A stretch of 32,000 nucleotides of DNA from Wigglesworthia glossinidia endosymbiont of Glossina morsitans morsitans (Yale colony) (GCF_000247565.1 NC_016893.1:330001-362000), one strand, 5' to 3'; counted from the stretch's first letter, positions 10,223 to 20,705 are shown. Translations and numbers: made by a program. Notes: generated by a model not told the origin, from the letters alone.

Positions 10223-10792
10223 CTATTTATTTACTTTTAAATTTATAAAATATTTTCGATAATGTATTAATTCTGCAATAGATTCTCGAATGTCATTCAA
10301 AGCCGTATGCAAATTTTTTTTCTTTAATTTCAGTAAAATTTTTGGATTCCATCTTTTAACGAGCTCTTTGATACTACTTACATCTATGCAACGATAATGA
10401 AAATATTTTTCTAAATCTGTCATATAATGCAATAAAAATTGACGATCATAATATATGCTATTACCACATATTGGAGATTTTTGAGGATACGTCCATTTTG
10501 AAATAAATTTTAAAGTTTCAAACATTGCTGATTTTTCAGAATGTATGCTATTTTTTACACGTTCTATTAATCCATTTTTTGTATGTGTTAAAGTATTCCA
10601 AGAATTCATTTTTTTTAATTGTAATTCTGATTGAAAAATTGCTATAGAAGGTCCTTCTGACAATATATTTATGTTTTTATCAGTTACAATGGTAGATATT
10701 TCTATAATGCGATCATTTTTTAAGTTTAATCCTGTCATTTCTAAATCAATCCAAATAAGATTATCTTTATTTCTTTTGTTGTTGGTGTTCAT
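10223..10792 (-). CDS. orn: Oligoribonuclease
   Basis: 189 aa DEDDh exonuclease. LIWIDLEMTGL, CGNSIYYDRQFL, HTALNDIRESI. Confidence 0.97.
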   Translation of the reverse strand: MNTNNKRNKDNLIWIDLEMTGLNLKNDRIIEISTIVTDKNINILSEGPSIAIFQSELQLKKMNSWNTLTHTKNGLIERVKNSIHSEKSAMFETLKFISKWTYPQKSPICGNSIYYDRQFLLHYMTDLEKYFHYRCIDVSSIKELVKRWNPKILLKLKKKNLHTALNDIRESIAELIHYRKYFINLKVNK

Positions 10793-11112
10793 AAATAGTG
10801 TGAAATTTTTTATGTTGTAAATATATTTTTTATGTGTATAAAATGTACTTAATAAATTTGTATAACATAAATATATTTAAAATAATTCATTGATTAATTT
10901 TAAATTATAAATTATTTATTAAAATAAATCTAATTTCAGGTTAAATAAAATTAAAAATTTATTTTATATGACTGCTAATTATTAGCAATTTTCACTTTTA
11001 AAGTTTAATACAGATATTTTATTTTATTAAAGAGTAATTTTTTTAATAAAAAATTAAAGAATAAAATTTATATTTTTTATAAACGCTTCTACTTAAGGAG
11101 ATTAATAATAAC

Positions 11113-11988
11113 ATGTATATTATGTTGCAAAATTTTTTACCTAAACTTTGGATTACTAAATTTTTTGGATGGATTGCAGAATGCAAATGCAAAACACTAG
11201 CATATTTCAGCATTTTAATATTTATAAAAATATATAAAATTAATGTCAAAGAAATAAAACAATCAAATCTTAAATTATATTCTTCGTTTAATGAGTTCTT
11301 TTCTAGAAAGATTGATATGAATTTCAGACCTGTGCATCCTGATCCTTTAATTATTGTTTGTCCAGCAGATGGGATGTTAACACAATTTGGATATTTTGAA
11401 GAGACTAAAGAACTGCAAATAAAAAATCACGGATATACTTTAAATGCACTATTAGCTGAAAATGAAAAAATGATAAAACTGTTTCAATATGGAATTTTTT
11501 TTACTACATATTTATCTCCTAAAAATTATCATAGAGTTCATATGCCATGTGATGGAATATTACAAAAAATGTTATATGTACCAGGACAATTATTTTCTGT
11601 AAATACGAAATTTTTTAGTAAAATTCCAAATGTTTTCGCTAAAAATGAACGTGTAATTTGTTTATTTAATACGAGATTTGGACCTATGCTTCAAATATTA
11701 ATTGGATCAATAATTTGTGGTACTATCTCTACTACTTGGTTTGGAAAAGTTACGCCACCTCGAGAAGGAATTATTAAATTATGGAAGTATTCAAATAATA
11801 TGCAACAAAAAATATATTTAAATAAAGGAGAAGAGATGGGATTGTTTACGCTTGGATCTACTGTAATTACTGTTTTTACTAAAGAAAATATTCTATTAGG
11901 AGAAAATTTAAATACATATGATACTATGCGTATAGGCAATATATTAGCTTATGGAATTCAGAACAACAAAGAAAGATTTATTAATTAA
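11113..11988 (+). CDS. psd: Phosphatidylserine decarboxylase proenzyme
   Basis: 291 aa. FNEFFSRKI, PADGMLTQ, TYLSPKNYHRVHMPCDG, and LGSTVITVF containing the LGST processing site. AAGGAG SD upstream. Confidence 0.97.
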   Translation: MYIMLQNFLPKLWITKFFGWIAECKCKTLAYFSILIFIKIYKINVKEIKQSNLKLYSSFNEFFSRKIDMNFRPVHPDPLIIVCPADGMLTQFGYFEETKELQIKNHGYTLNALLAENEKMIKLFQYGIFFTTYLSPKNYHRVHMPCDGILQKMLYVPGQLFSVNTKFFSKIPNVFAKNERVICLFNTRFGPMLQILIGSIICGTISTTWFGKVTPPREGIIKLWKYSNNMQQKIYLNKGEEMGLFTLGSTVITVFTKENILLGENLNTYDTMRIGNILAYGIQNNKERFIN

Positions 11989-14900
11989 AAAATATAAAAG
12001 TTTATATTTAATTATTTTTTTTATTTTTTATGTTTTAAGTGCATATGGTGATATTGATTTTGAAGAAAGCCAAATTAAAAAAGAACTACAACAAATTCAA
12101 AGCAATAATCGTATCTCACATCAATTAGATATTATTGTATCTTTACAATCAGCTTTAGATTTTATTACAGAAAGTAAAGCATCAATCCAAAAAATAAAAG
12201 AATATCAAAAAATTATTGAAAATTTTCCAATACTTATTAAACAAATTCAAGAAGAAAAAAAATTAAAAAATACATATTATAATGATGTCGTTATTAAATT
12301 TTCAGCTAAAGAAGTAAATCAAGAACTATTAAAAGCTAATAATCGATTAATTATTTTAGTTAATCAATTAAAACAAGAACAAGAACAGGCTCGTGTAATT
12401 GCAGATTCTGTAATGATATTGCCACATCAACAAGCAGAAGCAAGAAAAGAACTAAATAATATTGATAATTATATACATGTTATTTCTAAACCAAATTCTT
12501 TAATAGAAAAAGCACAATTTACTAATTTACGTATGCAACGTATAGCAAAAAGATTAAAAATAGAAGAATTAGATTTAGCACAACTTAGCGTAAATTATCG
12601 TCAAGAATTATCAAAAATACGTATAGATCTATTAAAGTCAAAATATAATAAAATTGATCAAGAATTACAAATTTTAAAAAACAATTTATATAATTTACGT
12701 AAACAAGAATCGGAAAAAGCATTGCATGATGCAGAAAAATCTTCTAAAGAAATTGATGCTTTTCCACAAATTGTTATTATACAATTCAAAAAAAATCATG
12801 ATCTGTCTCTTGCATTAAATCAACAATCACAAGAAATGGATTCTATAGCGTTTAAACAACGACAATCAACTAAAGATATCTTACAAGTACGCCATGCACT
12901 TAGTACCTTAATTGAGCAATCGCAATGGTTAGATGAATCTCCAATTTTAGGTGAAACATTACGATCTCAAATGTCTAAATTACCAGAAGTTCCTAAATCT
13001 CAACAACTTAATACAAATATGGTGCAAATTCGTGTTCAACGTTTATATTTTGAAGATTTAATAAACAAATTATTGTCTGAAGAATCTAATAAAAAAAAAA
13101 TTAAATTTATTCTTACAAAAGATCAATTCAAAATTTTTGAAGAACAATTGTTAATACAACGTGATTTATTAGATTCATTATTAATAGGATGTGATACTCA
13201 AATACTAGAGTTAACAAAATTAAAAGCGCTTTATGGACAATTGGAAGAAGCAATTAAAGAAGTTAAAGAAGCTTCACACAAATATTTATTTTGGGTTGCA
13301 GATACTAATTCTTTAACACCTTCGTTTATTTTATCTGTTATTCAAGATTTAAAAAAAATGTTCAATAGATATATGTTATCTCAAATTTTTAATGCAATGA
13401 AAACAATATTAACTAGCCGCAATACACTATTATTATTATTTAGCGCTTTTTTATTTTGGGGTTTTATGTTTAGTTCCCGTAAACATTATTTATCTTTTTT
13501 AAATCGATCTAGCATTCAGGTAGGAAAAGTAAATCAAGATCGATTTTCTATTACATTGAAAAATGTTTTTTGGTCTATGTTAGTTGCTGCTCCTTTCCCT
13601 ATTTTGTGGATATCTTTAGGATATGGATTTAGTCATGCATGGGCATATCCGATATCAGTAGCTTTAGGAGAAGCTATGATTTCAACATCTTTTATACTAT
13701 GGGTATTGTTGTTATGTGCATCTTTTGCTTTACCAAAAGGATTGTTTGTAATACATTTTGGCTGGAAAGTAGAACAAATACGTTGTGCACTGCGTTATTA
13801 TACTTTGTCGATTACTACAATAATACCATTAATAACAATATTAATTACTATTAATAATTATAGTGATCGTGAATTTACCAGTAGTATTGGAAGATTGTGT
13901 TTTATTTTGATTTGTATCGGTTTATCTTTAGTGACTAATAGTTTCAAACGTGCAGGATTATTATTATATCTCGATAAAATTGGTTCAAATAATAATATTA
14001 TTAATCGTTCTTTTTGGAATTTTATGATTTGTGCTCCAATACTTGCAATTATTTCTGCATCTTTAGGATACTTTTCTACTGCTCAAGTACTACTAACACG
14101 TTTAGAAACATCATTAACGATTTGGTTATTTTTATTAATTATATATCATATTATTCGTAGATGGATGTTTATTCAAAGACGTAGGATTGCATTTGAAAGA
14201 GCCAAACAACGTCGTGCAGAAATGTTAGCACAGCGTGCACGTAATACTGACGAACAAATGTTGTCACCATCTCAATTAAATGAAGTTGCTGCTGAAGTAG
14301 ATAATAAAATTTTAGATTTAGATACTATTAGCGCAAAATCTTTGCAATTAGTACGTTCTATATTAACGCTTATGGCATTACTATCTGTTATTTTATTATG
14401 GTCTGAATTGCATTCAGCTTTTTCCTTTTTAGAAAATATCACTCTGTGGGATTCTGCATCGACTCTAAAAGGAATAGACAATTTGAAACCAATTACGTTA
14501 AATTCAATTTTTATTGTTATTTTAATATTAATTATTACCACGCAAATGGTACGTAATCTTCCAGCTTTATTAGAACTTGCTTTATTACAGCATTTAAATT
14601 TAACTCCAGGTACAGGATATGCAATTACTACGCTTACTAAATATGGATTAATGTTATTAGGAGGATTAATTGGGTTTTCTATAGTTGGTATGGAATGGTC
14701 TAAATTTCAATGGTTAGCAGCGGCATTAGGCGTAGGATTAGGCTTTGGATTACAAGAAATATTTGCTAACTTTGTATCTGGATTAATTATTTTATTTGAA
14801 AAACCTATCCGAATAGGCGACACTGTTACTATTCGAAGTTTAACAGGAAGTATTACAAAAATTAACACTCGCGCTACTACAATTACTGATTGGGATAGAA

Positions 14901-15268
14901 AAGAAATTATTGTTCCAAACAAAGCATTTATTACTGAGCAATTTGTTAATTGGTCACTTTCGGATACTGTAACACGTGTAGTATTACATGTACCAGCTCC
15001 TGCAGAATCAAATATTGAAAAAATTTCTAATATTTTAGTTCAAGCAGCAATTCGTTGTCCGCTAGTTTTAGATTTTCCTATACCGGAAGCATTTTTAGTA
15101 GACATACAAAAAGGTTTGCCTTTGTTTGAATTACGTATATATGCGGCTGAGATGAGTCATCGTATGCCATTAAGGCATCAAGTGAACAAATTGATTTTAG
15201 ATTGCTATCGCGAGCACGGTATTCAGTTGCCTTATCCTCCATTTCAATTAATACATGAGTACAAGTAG
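11951..15268 (+). CDS. mscM: Miniconductance mechanosensitive channel MscM (YjeP)
   Basis: 1105 aa. The N-terminus reads as a signal peptide (KKYKSLYLIIFFIFYVLSAYG). Long coiled-coil periplasmic domain, C-terminal MscS core GVGLGFGLQEIFANFVSGLIILFEKPIRIGDTVTI. Start overlaps the psd end by 38 nt, with no later in-frame ATG before the mature domain. Confidence 0.95.
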   Translation: MEFRTTKKDLLIKKYKSLYLIIFFIFYVLSAYGDIDFEESQIKKELQQIQSNNRISHQLDIIVSLQSALDFITESKASIQKIKEYQKIIENFPILIKQIQEEKKLKNTYYNDVVIKFSAKEVNQELLKANNRLIILVNQLKQEQEQARVIADSVMILPHQQAEARKELNNIDNYIHVISKPNSLIEKAQFTNLRMQRIAKRLKIEELDLAQLSVNYRQELSKIRIDLLKSKYNKIDQELQILKNNLYNLRKQESEKALHDAEKSSKEIDAFPQIVIIQFKKNHDLSLALNQQSQEMDSIAFKQRQSTKDILQVRHALSTLIEQSQWLDESPILGETLRSQMSKLPEVPKSQQLNTNMVQIRVQRLYFEDLINKLLSEESNKKKIKFILTKDQFKIFEEQLLIQRDLLDSLLIGCDTQILELTKLKALYGQLEEAIKEVKEASHKYLFWVADTNSLTPSFILSVIQDLKKMFNRYMLSQIFNAMKTILTSRNTLLLLFSAFLFWGFMFSSRKHYLSFLNRSSIQVGKVNQDRFSITLKNVFWSMLVAAPFPILWISLGYGFSHAWAYPISVALGEAMISTSFILWVLLLCASFALPKGLFVIHFGWKVEQIRCALRYYTLSITTIIPLITILITINNYSDREFTSSIGRLCFILICIGLSLVTNSFKRAGLLLYLDKIGSNNNIINRSFWNFMICAPILAIISASLGYFSTAQVLLTRLETSLTIWLFLLIIYHIIRRWMFIQRRRIAFERAKQRRAEMLAQRARNTDEQMLSPSQLNEVAAEVDNKILDLDTISAKSLQLVRSILTLMALLSVILLWSELHSAFSFLENITLWDSASTLKGIDNLKPITLNSIFIVILILIITTQMVRNLPALLELALLQHLNLTPGTGYAITTLTKYGLMLLGGLIGFSIVGMEWSKFQWLAAALGVGLGFGLQEIFANFVSGLIILFEKPIRIGDTVTIRSLTGSITKINTRATTITDWDRKEIIVPNKAFITEQFVNWSLSDTVTRVVLHVPAPAESNIEKISNILVQAAIRCPLVLDFPIPEAFLVDIQKGLPLFELRIYAAEMSHRMPLRHQVNKLILDCYREHGIQLPYPPFQLIHEYK

Positions 15269-15296
15269 TTTAACAATAAAAAATCTTTGAATATAT

Positions 15297-16270
15297 TTAT
15301 GCACAATCGATTGAAAATAATATAACATCTTGAATTTTCTTGGCATTTAATGCAATCATAATTAATCTGTCTATTCCAACAGCAACACCGGAACAAAAAG
15401 GTATCCCGGAATTTATAGCGTGTAATAATTTTATATCGATTTCTTTTTCAGACAATCCTTTTTTTTTGCGTTGAATATTATTTAAAATAAAACGTTTATG
15501 CTGTTCTTTTGCATTTATTAACTCACAACATCCATTTGCTAGCTCAATACCGTGATAGTATAACTCGAATCTTTCAGCAAATTTATTATTTTTTAAGCAT
15601 ACTGCTGACATACTACTTTGTAGTACAGGAAAATGATGTATAAAAATTGGATGTTCTTTTCCAAGATTTGGAGATATTTTATATTCGAATAAAATTTGCA
15701 ACATTTCATCTCTGTCATGATGATTGTTATTATTGAAAATTGTGATTTTTTCGACAATTTTTCGTATTTGCTTGATTTTTGATTTAAAAGGATCAATCCC
15801 AAAATATTTTAAAAATAATTGATCATACGATATAAAACAAGATTTTTTTAATCCAGGTATAACATAATGTAAAAAATTATCTACTTCTCGAATTAACTTA
15901 AACATATTATAATGAGGTCGATACCATTCGAGCATAGTAAATTCTGGATTATGATACCGACCAATTTCAGAATTTCTAAAACTTTTGCAAATTTGAAAAA
16001 TTCCTCCAAATCCAGATGCTAAGAGTCGTTTCATATGATGTTCGGGACTCGTGATTAAGTATAATATTTTCTTTTCATCATTATAATTTTTTAGATATGT
16101 TTGAAATGAAGATAAATGTACATCGTTAGATGTTCTATAGCTTAATACAGGAGTATCGACTTCGAGTAAATTTTTTTTAAAAAAAAATTTCTAATTTTTT
16201 TAATAATTTGATTCCTTTTTATTAATATTTTTTTAGAAATGTTTGGTTTCCAATTGTGCGTTTTATTCAT
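15297..16270 (-). pseudogene. epmA: Elongation factor P beta-lysine ligase EpmA (PoxA/GenX), interrupted by one -1 nt frameshift near 16171-16187; possibly rescued by slippage
   Basis: The 245-aa ORF (15297..16034) covers class II aaRS motifs 2 and 3. Its frame stays open upstream to 16190, encoding KFFFKKNLLEVDTPVLSYRTSNDVHLSSFQTYLKNYNDEKKILYLITSPEHHMKRLL. The next frame encodes the missing N-terminus MNKTHNWKPNISKKILIKRNQIIKKIRNFF from an ATG at 16270. The frames meet at a homopolymer junction. Confidence 0.93.
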
Positions 16271-16374
16271 ATGTTTAGAATATTTGAGTCTACAGTTAAT
16301 TTTTCGATAAAAATTAATTGTTTAAATTTTTTTAATTTTAAGTATGGAATTTATAATAATTTTTTCTTAAAGTT

Positions 16375-16896
16375 TTACTTTTCTTGAAAGTATATTATTT
16401 TTTTAATTGTTTCGATCCAATAGAATAATCTTGATTCAGTTAATTCTGGTTGTCTGTCTTCGTCTAATGCTAATCCGACGAAATATTTTTTGTTTATTAA
16501 TGCTTTAGAAGCTTCAAACTTATATCCTTTAGTTGAATGACTTCCGATCATTTTTGCTTGATTTTGTATTAAAATTTCATTTAAAATTCCCATTGCGTCA
16601 CAAAAATATTCTGAATAGTCTTCTTGATCTCCACAACCAAAAATTGCTACCATTTTATCCTTAAAGTTTATTTTTTTTAAAATAGGAAAAAAATCATCCC
16701 AGTCGCATTGGGGTTCTCCATAATACCAAGTAGGTATTCCAAATATTAATTTGTCATATTTTTCTATATCTTTTTGAGCAGTATCTGCAATATCAAAAAT
16801 GTCAGAATTACTTGGACTTAATGCTTCTTGTATTTTTTTGGCAATACTTGCTGTATTCCCCGTATCACTACCGAAAAAAATTCCTGTAGATTTCAT
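16375..16896 (-). CDS. fldA: Flavodoxin FldA
   Basis: 173 aa. [21 protein letters not shown] phosphate loop, [34 protein letters not shown]. Confidence 0.96.
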   Translation of the reverse strand: MKSTGIFFGSDTGNTASIAKKIQEALSPSNSDIFDIADTAQKDIEKYDKLIFGIPTWYYGEPQCDWDDFFPILKKINFKDKMVAIFGCGDQEDYSEYFCDAMGILNEILIQNQAKMIGSHSTKGYKFEASKALINKKYFVGLALDEDRQPELTESRLFYWIETIKKIIYFQEK

Positions 16897-17122
16897 ATAA
16901 ATACTTCCTGTGAAAATGTTAGTAAAAATTTTTTTTGTTTATAAAAATATGTTACTGAATAAATTAAATTTTACATAAAATATTTTAGTTAAAAATTTAT
17001 GCGAAATAAATTATTTTATAAAATGTTTAATATTAATAAGTCAAGAAAAATAATAAAAATTTATGAAATATGTAAAATATTTAGTATAATCTTAATACTA
17101 AAATTTAAATAATATATTTTTA

Positions 17123-18739
17123 ATGTATTTACAAAGTTTAAAATCTGGAAAAAAACCACAAAAATCTGATTTAATTTATCCCGATAAACTTATAACACAA
17201 TATTACTCTCAAATACCTTATGAAAATAAAAAATTAAAAAATATTAAATTTGGAACTTCAGGATATCGAGGAACCTCAAAAAAATTCACATTTAACGAAA
17301 TACATGTACTAGCGATTAGTCAAGCTATTGTTGAAGAAAGAAAATTACTTGGAATACATGGACCATGCTTTATCGGAAAAGATACGCATGCTTTATCCGA
17401 ACCCGCTTTTTGTTCTGTACTCGAAGTGCTTACTGCAAACAATATTGATGTTATTATACAATCAAATAATATGCATGTTTCTACTCCAATAATTTCACAC
17501 GCAATATTAAATTATAATAAAGCATCTAAAAGAAAAGCAGATGGTATTATTATTACATCTTCTCATAATCCTCCAGAATTCGGAGGAATAAAATATAATA
17601 TTTTTACTGGCGGTCCTGCAAATTTTTTTATTACAAATAAAATAGAATCTAAAGTTAATGCAATTCTGAAAAATGGAATATTTAAAATAAAAAGAATTTC
17701 TTTAATTTATGCTAAACAAATTGGTAAAATACATGAACATGACATAATACAAAAGTATATTCTAAGTTTATCTAATATAGTTAATATGCAACTTATTTCT
17801 TCTTCTCAAATTAATTTAGTAATTGATCCTTTAGGAGGTTCAAGCTTATTTTGTTGGCAATTAATTGAAGAATATTATAAATGCAATATTAAAATTGTTA
17901 ATACTAAAATAGATTATACTTTTTATTTTTTAAATCTAGATTATGACGGAATACTTCGTATAGATTGTGCATCTAAATCGACATTGAAACATTTATCTCA
18001 ATTTTCTAATCAAGCAGACTTAGGATTCGCAAATGATCCAGATGGTGATAGACATGCAATTTTAAATAAAACATGCCTTATATCTCCTAATCATTATTTA
18101 TCTATTGCTATGCATTATTTATTAAGTTACAGATCAAATTGGAGTCAAAATGTAGGTGTAGGTAAAACTTACGTTTCTAGTGTCATGATGGAAAAAATTG
18201 CTCAACATTTTAATCGTAAATTAATTAATACCCCAGTAGGATTTAAGTGGTTTTCAAATTTCTTATTTGAAGGATCTTTAGGTTTATGTGGAGAAGAAAG
18301 TTCTGGAGCTACTTTTCTATGTTTTAACGGATCTCCATGGTCGACTGATAAAGACGGCATAATTATGTGTTTATTAGCTGCAGAAATTGTAGCAAAAACT
18401 GAAAAAACATTAATAGAATACTATTCTAAATTAGAAAAAATGTTTGGATATTTTTATTATGATCGATACGAATTTCATTTTTTAAATAAAAAACAGTATT
18501 TAAAAAATAATATTAATATAGATAATCTTCAATCATGCATTATCACTGAAGATAAAATTGTTTTTTGCATTATAATTTCGTTAGAAATTTTTGTTAAATT
18601 TAAAAATGGATGGATAGCAATTAGACCGTCTGGCACAGAAAATTTGTATAGAGTATATTGTGAAAGTTTCATAGATACTGTACATTTAAAAAAATTAAAA
18701 AAATCAGCAAATAAAATTATCAAACTGCTTTTTAATTGA
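17123..18739 (+). CDS. pgm: Phosphoglucomutase (alpha-D-glucose phosphate-specific)
   Basis: 538 aa. IITSSHNPPEFGGIKY phosphoserine loop, ANDPDGDRHAI metal loop, CGEESSGATF, RPSGTENLYR phosphate-binding loop. Confidence 0.96.
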   Translation: MYLQSLKSGKKPQKSDLIYPDKLITQYYSQIPYENKKLKNIKFGTSGYRGTSKKFTFNEIHVLAISQAIVEERKLLGIHGPCFIGKDTHALSEPAFCSVLEVLTANNIDVIIQSNNMHVSTPIISHAILNYNKASKRKADGIIITSSHNPPEFGGIKYNIFTGGPANFFITNKIESKVNAILKNGIFKIKRISLIYAKQIGKIHEHDIIQKYILSLSNIVNMQLISSSQINLVIDPLGGSSLFCWQLIEEYYKCNIKIVNTKIDYTFYFLNLDYDGILRIDCASKSTLKHLSQFSNQADLGFANDPDGDRHAILNKTCLISPNHYLSIAMHYLLSYRSNWSQNVGVGKTYVSSVMMEKIAQHFNRKLINTPVGFKWFSNFLFEGSLGLCGEESSGATFLCFNGSPWSTDKDGIIMCLLAAEIVAKTEKTLIEYYSKLEKMFGYFYYDRYEFHFLNKKQYLKNNINIDNLQSCIITEDKIVFCIIISLEIFVKFKNGWIAIRPSGTENLYRVYCESFIDTVHLKKLKKSANKIIKLLFN

Positions 18740-18769
18740 AAAAATAACTTTATTAATTAAACATAAATT

Positions 18770-19528
18770 ATGAATTACATCACTAATACAGATCTCGAAT
18801 TTAATGTTAATCAAAAACTTAATAATAGCTTAAAAATTAAAGATTTTGCGTACAACGGATTACAAGTGAAAGGTAAAAAAATTATTAAAAAAATTATTGT
18901 CGGAGTTACTGCATGTCAAGAATTGATAGAATTTGCTATATTCACAAAATCCGACGCTATAATCGTACATCATGGATTATTTTGGAACCATGAAAATTGT
19001 ATGTTATATGGAACTAAAAAAAACAGATTAAAGAAAATTTTAGAAAATAATGTTAATCTTTACGCTTGGCATTTACCTTTAGATATACATCCAAAATTAG
19101 GAAATAATGCACAGTTAGCAAAGTTATTATCCATAGATATTAATAAAATTTTAAAACCATGTATTTTTTTTGGTACAATGAAGAATAAAATTGATTGTTA
19201 TAAATTTAAAATTTTATTAGAAAAAAAATTAAAACGTAATGTTTTACATTTTCAAAACAAAAACGCAGTTTTAACTATTGAAAAAATAGGATGGTGCACA
19301 GGATCAGGACATAAATTTTTTGAAATGGCAATTGAAGAAAATATAGATGCATTTATTAGTGGAGAAGCTTCAGAAAGTACAATTTACATTGCTAAAGAAA
19401 GATATGTACATTTTTATGAAGCAGGACATCATGCAACAGAAAGAGGAGGTATTATAGCATTAGGAAAATGGATACAAAAGAAATACTGCATAGAGACAAT
19501 TTTTTTTGATACCAATAATCCTATTTAA
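18770..19528 (+). CDS. ybgI: Nif3-like dinuclear metal centre protein (YbgI)
   Basis: 252 aa. VHHGLFW, WHLPLDIHPKLGNNAQLA, CTGSGHKFFE, FYEAGHHATERGGI. Confidence 0.94.
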   Translation: MNYITNTDLEFNVNQKLNNSLKIKDFAYNGLQVKGKKIIKKIIVGVTACQELIEFAIFTKSDAIIVHHGLFWNHENCMLYGTKKNRLKKILENNVNLYAWHLPLDIHPKLGNNAQLAKLLSIDINKILKPCIFFGTMKNKIDCYKFKILLEKKLKRNVLHFQNKNAVLTIEKIGWCTGSGHKFFEMAIEENIDAFISGEASESTIYIAKERYVHFYEAGHHATERGGIIALGKWIQKKYCIETIFFDTNNPI

Positions 19529-19979
19529 CAAATTTAAATTATTTATTTTACTTACATATATACAAATTATGTATTCAAATCGATATTTTATTTTAAAATA
19601 CAACTAAATTTTTTTATTTTAATGACGATAAATCATTATCGTATTTGTTAAGTAAATATTATATAATTTTAAATAAAATATTATAAAAATCAAAAATATA
19701 TGAATAATAAAAAAAGTTTGTTCATTTTTTAATCTTATTCAGAATTAATCCGAAAATTATTTTTTTAATCAATTAAAAAATATTTCATTTTATAATTAAA
19801 AAAGTTTAGTATATCTACTAAATATATTTTAAAACATAAAACTTAATCAGATTAAAGTTATACAGCAATTAAAATTAATTCTATCAACATATTAATTTTA
19901 AAAAAAAATATAAGTAAAGTTTTTCATTTTAAGTTTTTTTTATTAATCAATATAAAATAACGGATCCGAGAGGAAAACC

Positions 19980-20360
19980 GTGAAAACACATAAACCTATA
20001 AACTTAAATATTTTTACAATTAAATTTATAAAAACTGCAATAGCTTCTATATTACACAGAATATCTGGAATAATCACTTTTTTAATATTTAGCGTATTTA
20101 TATATTGTTTAGAGCTATCATTATGTTCGCAAGAAAAATTTAATACTTTACAAAATTTTTTTTACGAAAACGTTCTTTTTAAATTTTTTTTATGGGCAAT
20201 ACTAACAATTTTTACATATCATACCGTATTCGGACTAAGACATATTTTAATTGATTTTAATTTTTTCAAAGAAGATCTAAAAACTGCAAAAATGACAGTA
20301 AATATAGCACTTCTAGTCACTGCAACTATTTCTATCATACTAGGATTTTTTCTATGGTAA
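19980..20360 (+). CDS. sdhC: Succinate dehydrogenase cytochrome b556 subunit
   Basis: 126 aa, GTG start with a strong SD (GAGAGGAAAACCGTG). SILHRISGIITF and TYHTVFGLRHILIDF with the heme-ligand His. Confidence 0.96.
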   Translation: MKTHKPINLNIFTIKFIKTAIASILHRISGIITFLIFSVFIYCLELSLCSQEKFNTLQNFFYENVLFKFFLWAILTIFTYHTVFGLRHILIDFNFFKEDLKTAKMTVNIALLVTATISIILGFFLW

Positions 20361-20695
20361 AAAAAACGTCTGCATTCGGATTACCTGGGATTTATGAATG
20401 GCTATTATTACGTATTTCCGGATTGTTAATATTTTTATATATACTGTGTATTATCGTATTTATTATATGCAATACACCTATAAACTATGTAAAATGGCAT
20501 TGTTTTTTTGATAAAAAAACAATAAAAATATTTACAATATTAGTATTTTTATCAGTCGCTATACACGGATGGATCGGAATGTGGCAAGTAGTTACGGACT
20601 ATGTTAAACCTAAATTCATGCGCACAACAGTACAGTTAATAATATGCGCCATTTTGCTATTTTATTTAATATATGGTATTAAAATTATAATGTAA
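20354..20695 (+). CDS. sdhD: Succinate dehydrogenase membrane anchor subunit
   Basis: 113 aa. [33 protein letters not shown]. Overlaps the sdhC end. Confidence 0.95.
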   Translation: MVKKTSAFGLPGIYEWLLLRISGLLIFLYILCIIVFIICNTPINYVKWHCFFDKKTIKIFTILVFLSVAIHGWIGMWQVVTDYVKPKFMRTTVQLIICAILLFYLIYGIKIIM

Positions 20696-20705
20696 GGATT
20701 GCATA

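Noticed and set aside
11043-11249. Minus-strand ORF 11043..11249
   Set aside because: Overlaps the psd start region; low-complexity hydrophobic sequence without family support.
13639-14922. ORFs 13639..13854, 14272..14541 and 14707..14922 inside mscM
   Set aside because: All fall within the long conserved mscM frame; treated as overlapping shadow ORFs.
15593-15802. ORF 15593..15802 opposite epmA
   Set aside because: Antisense to conserved epmA codons; no recognisable product.
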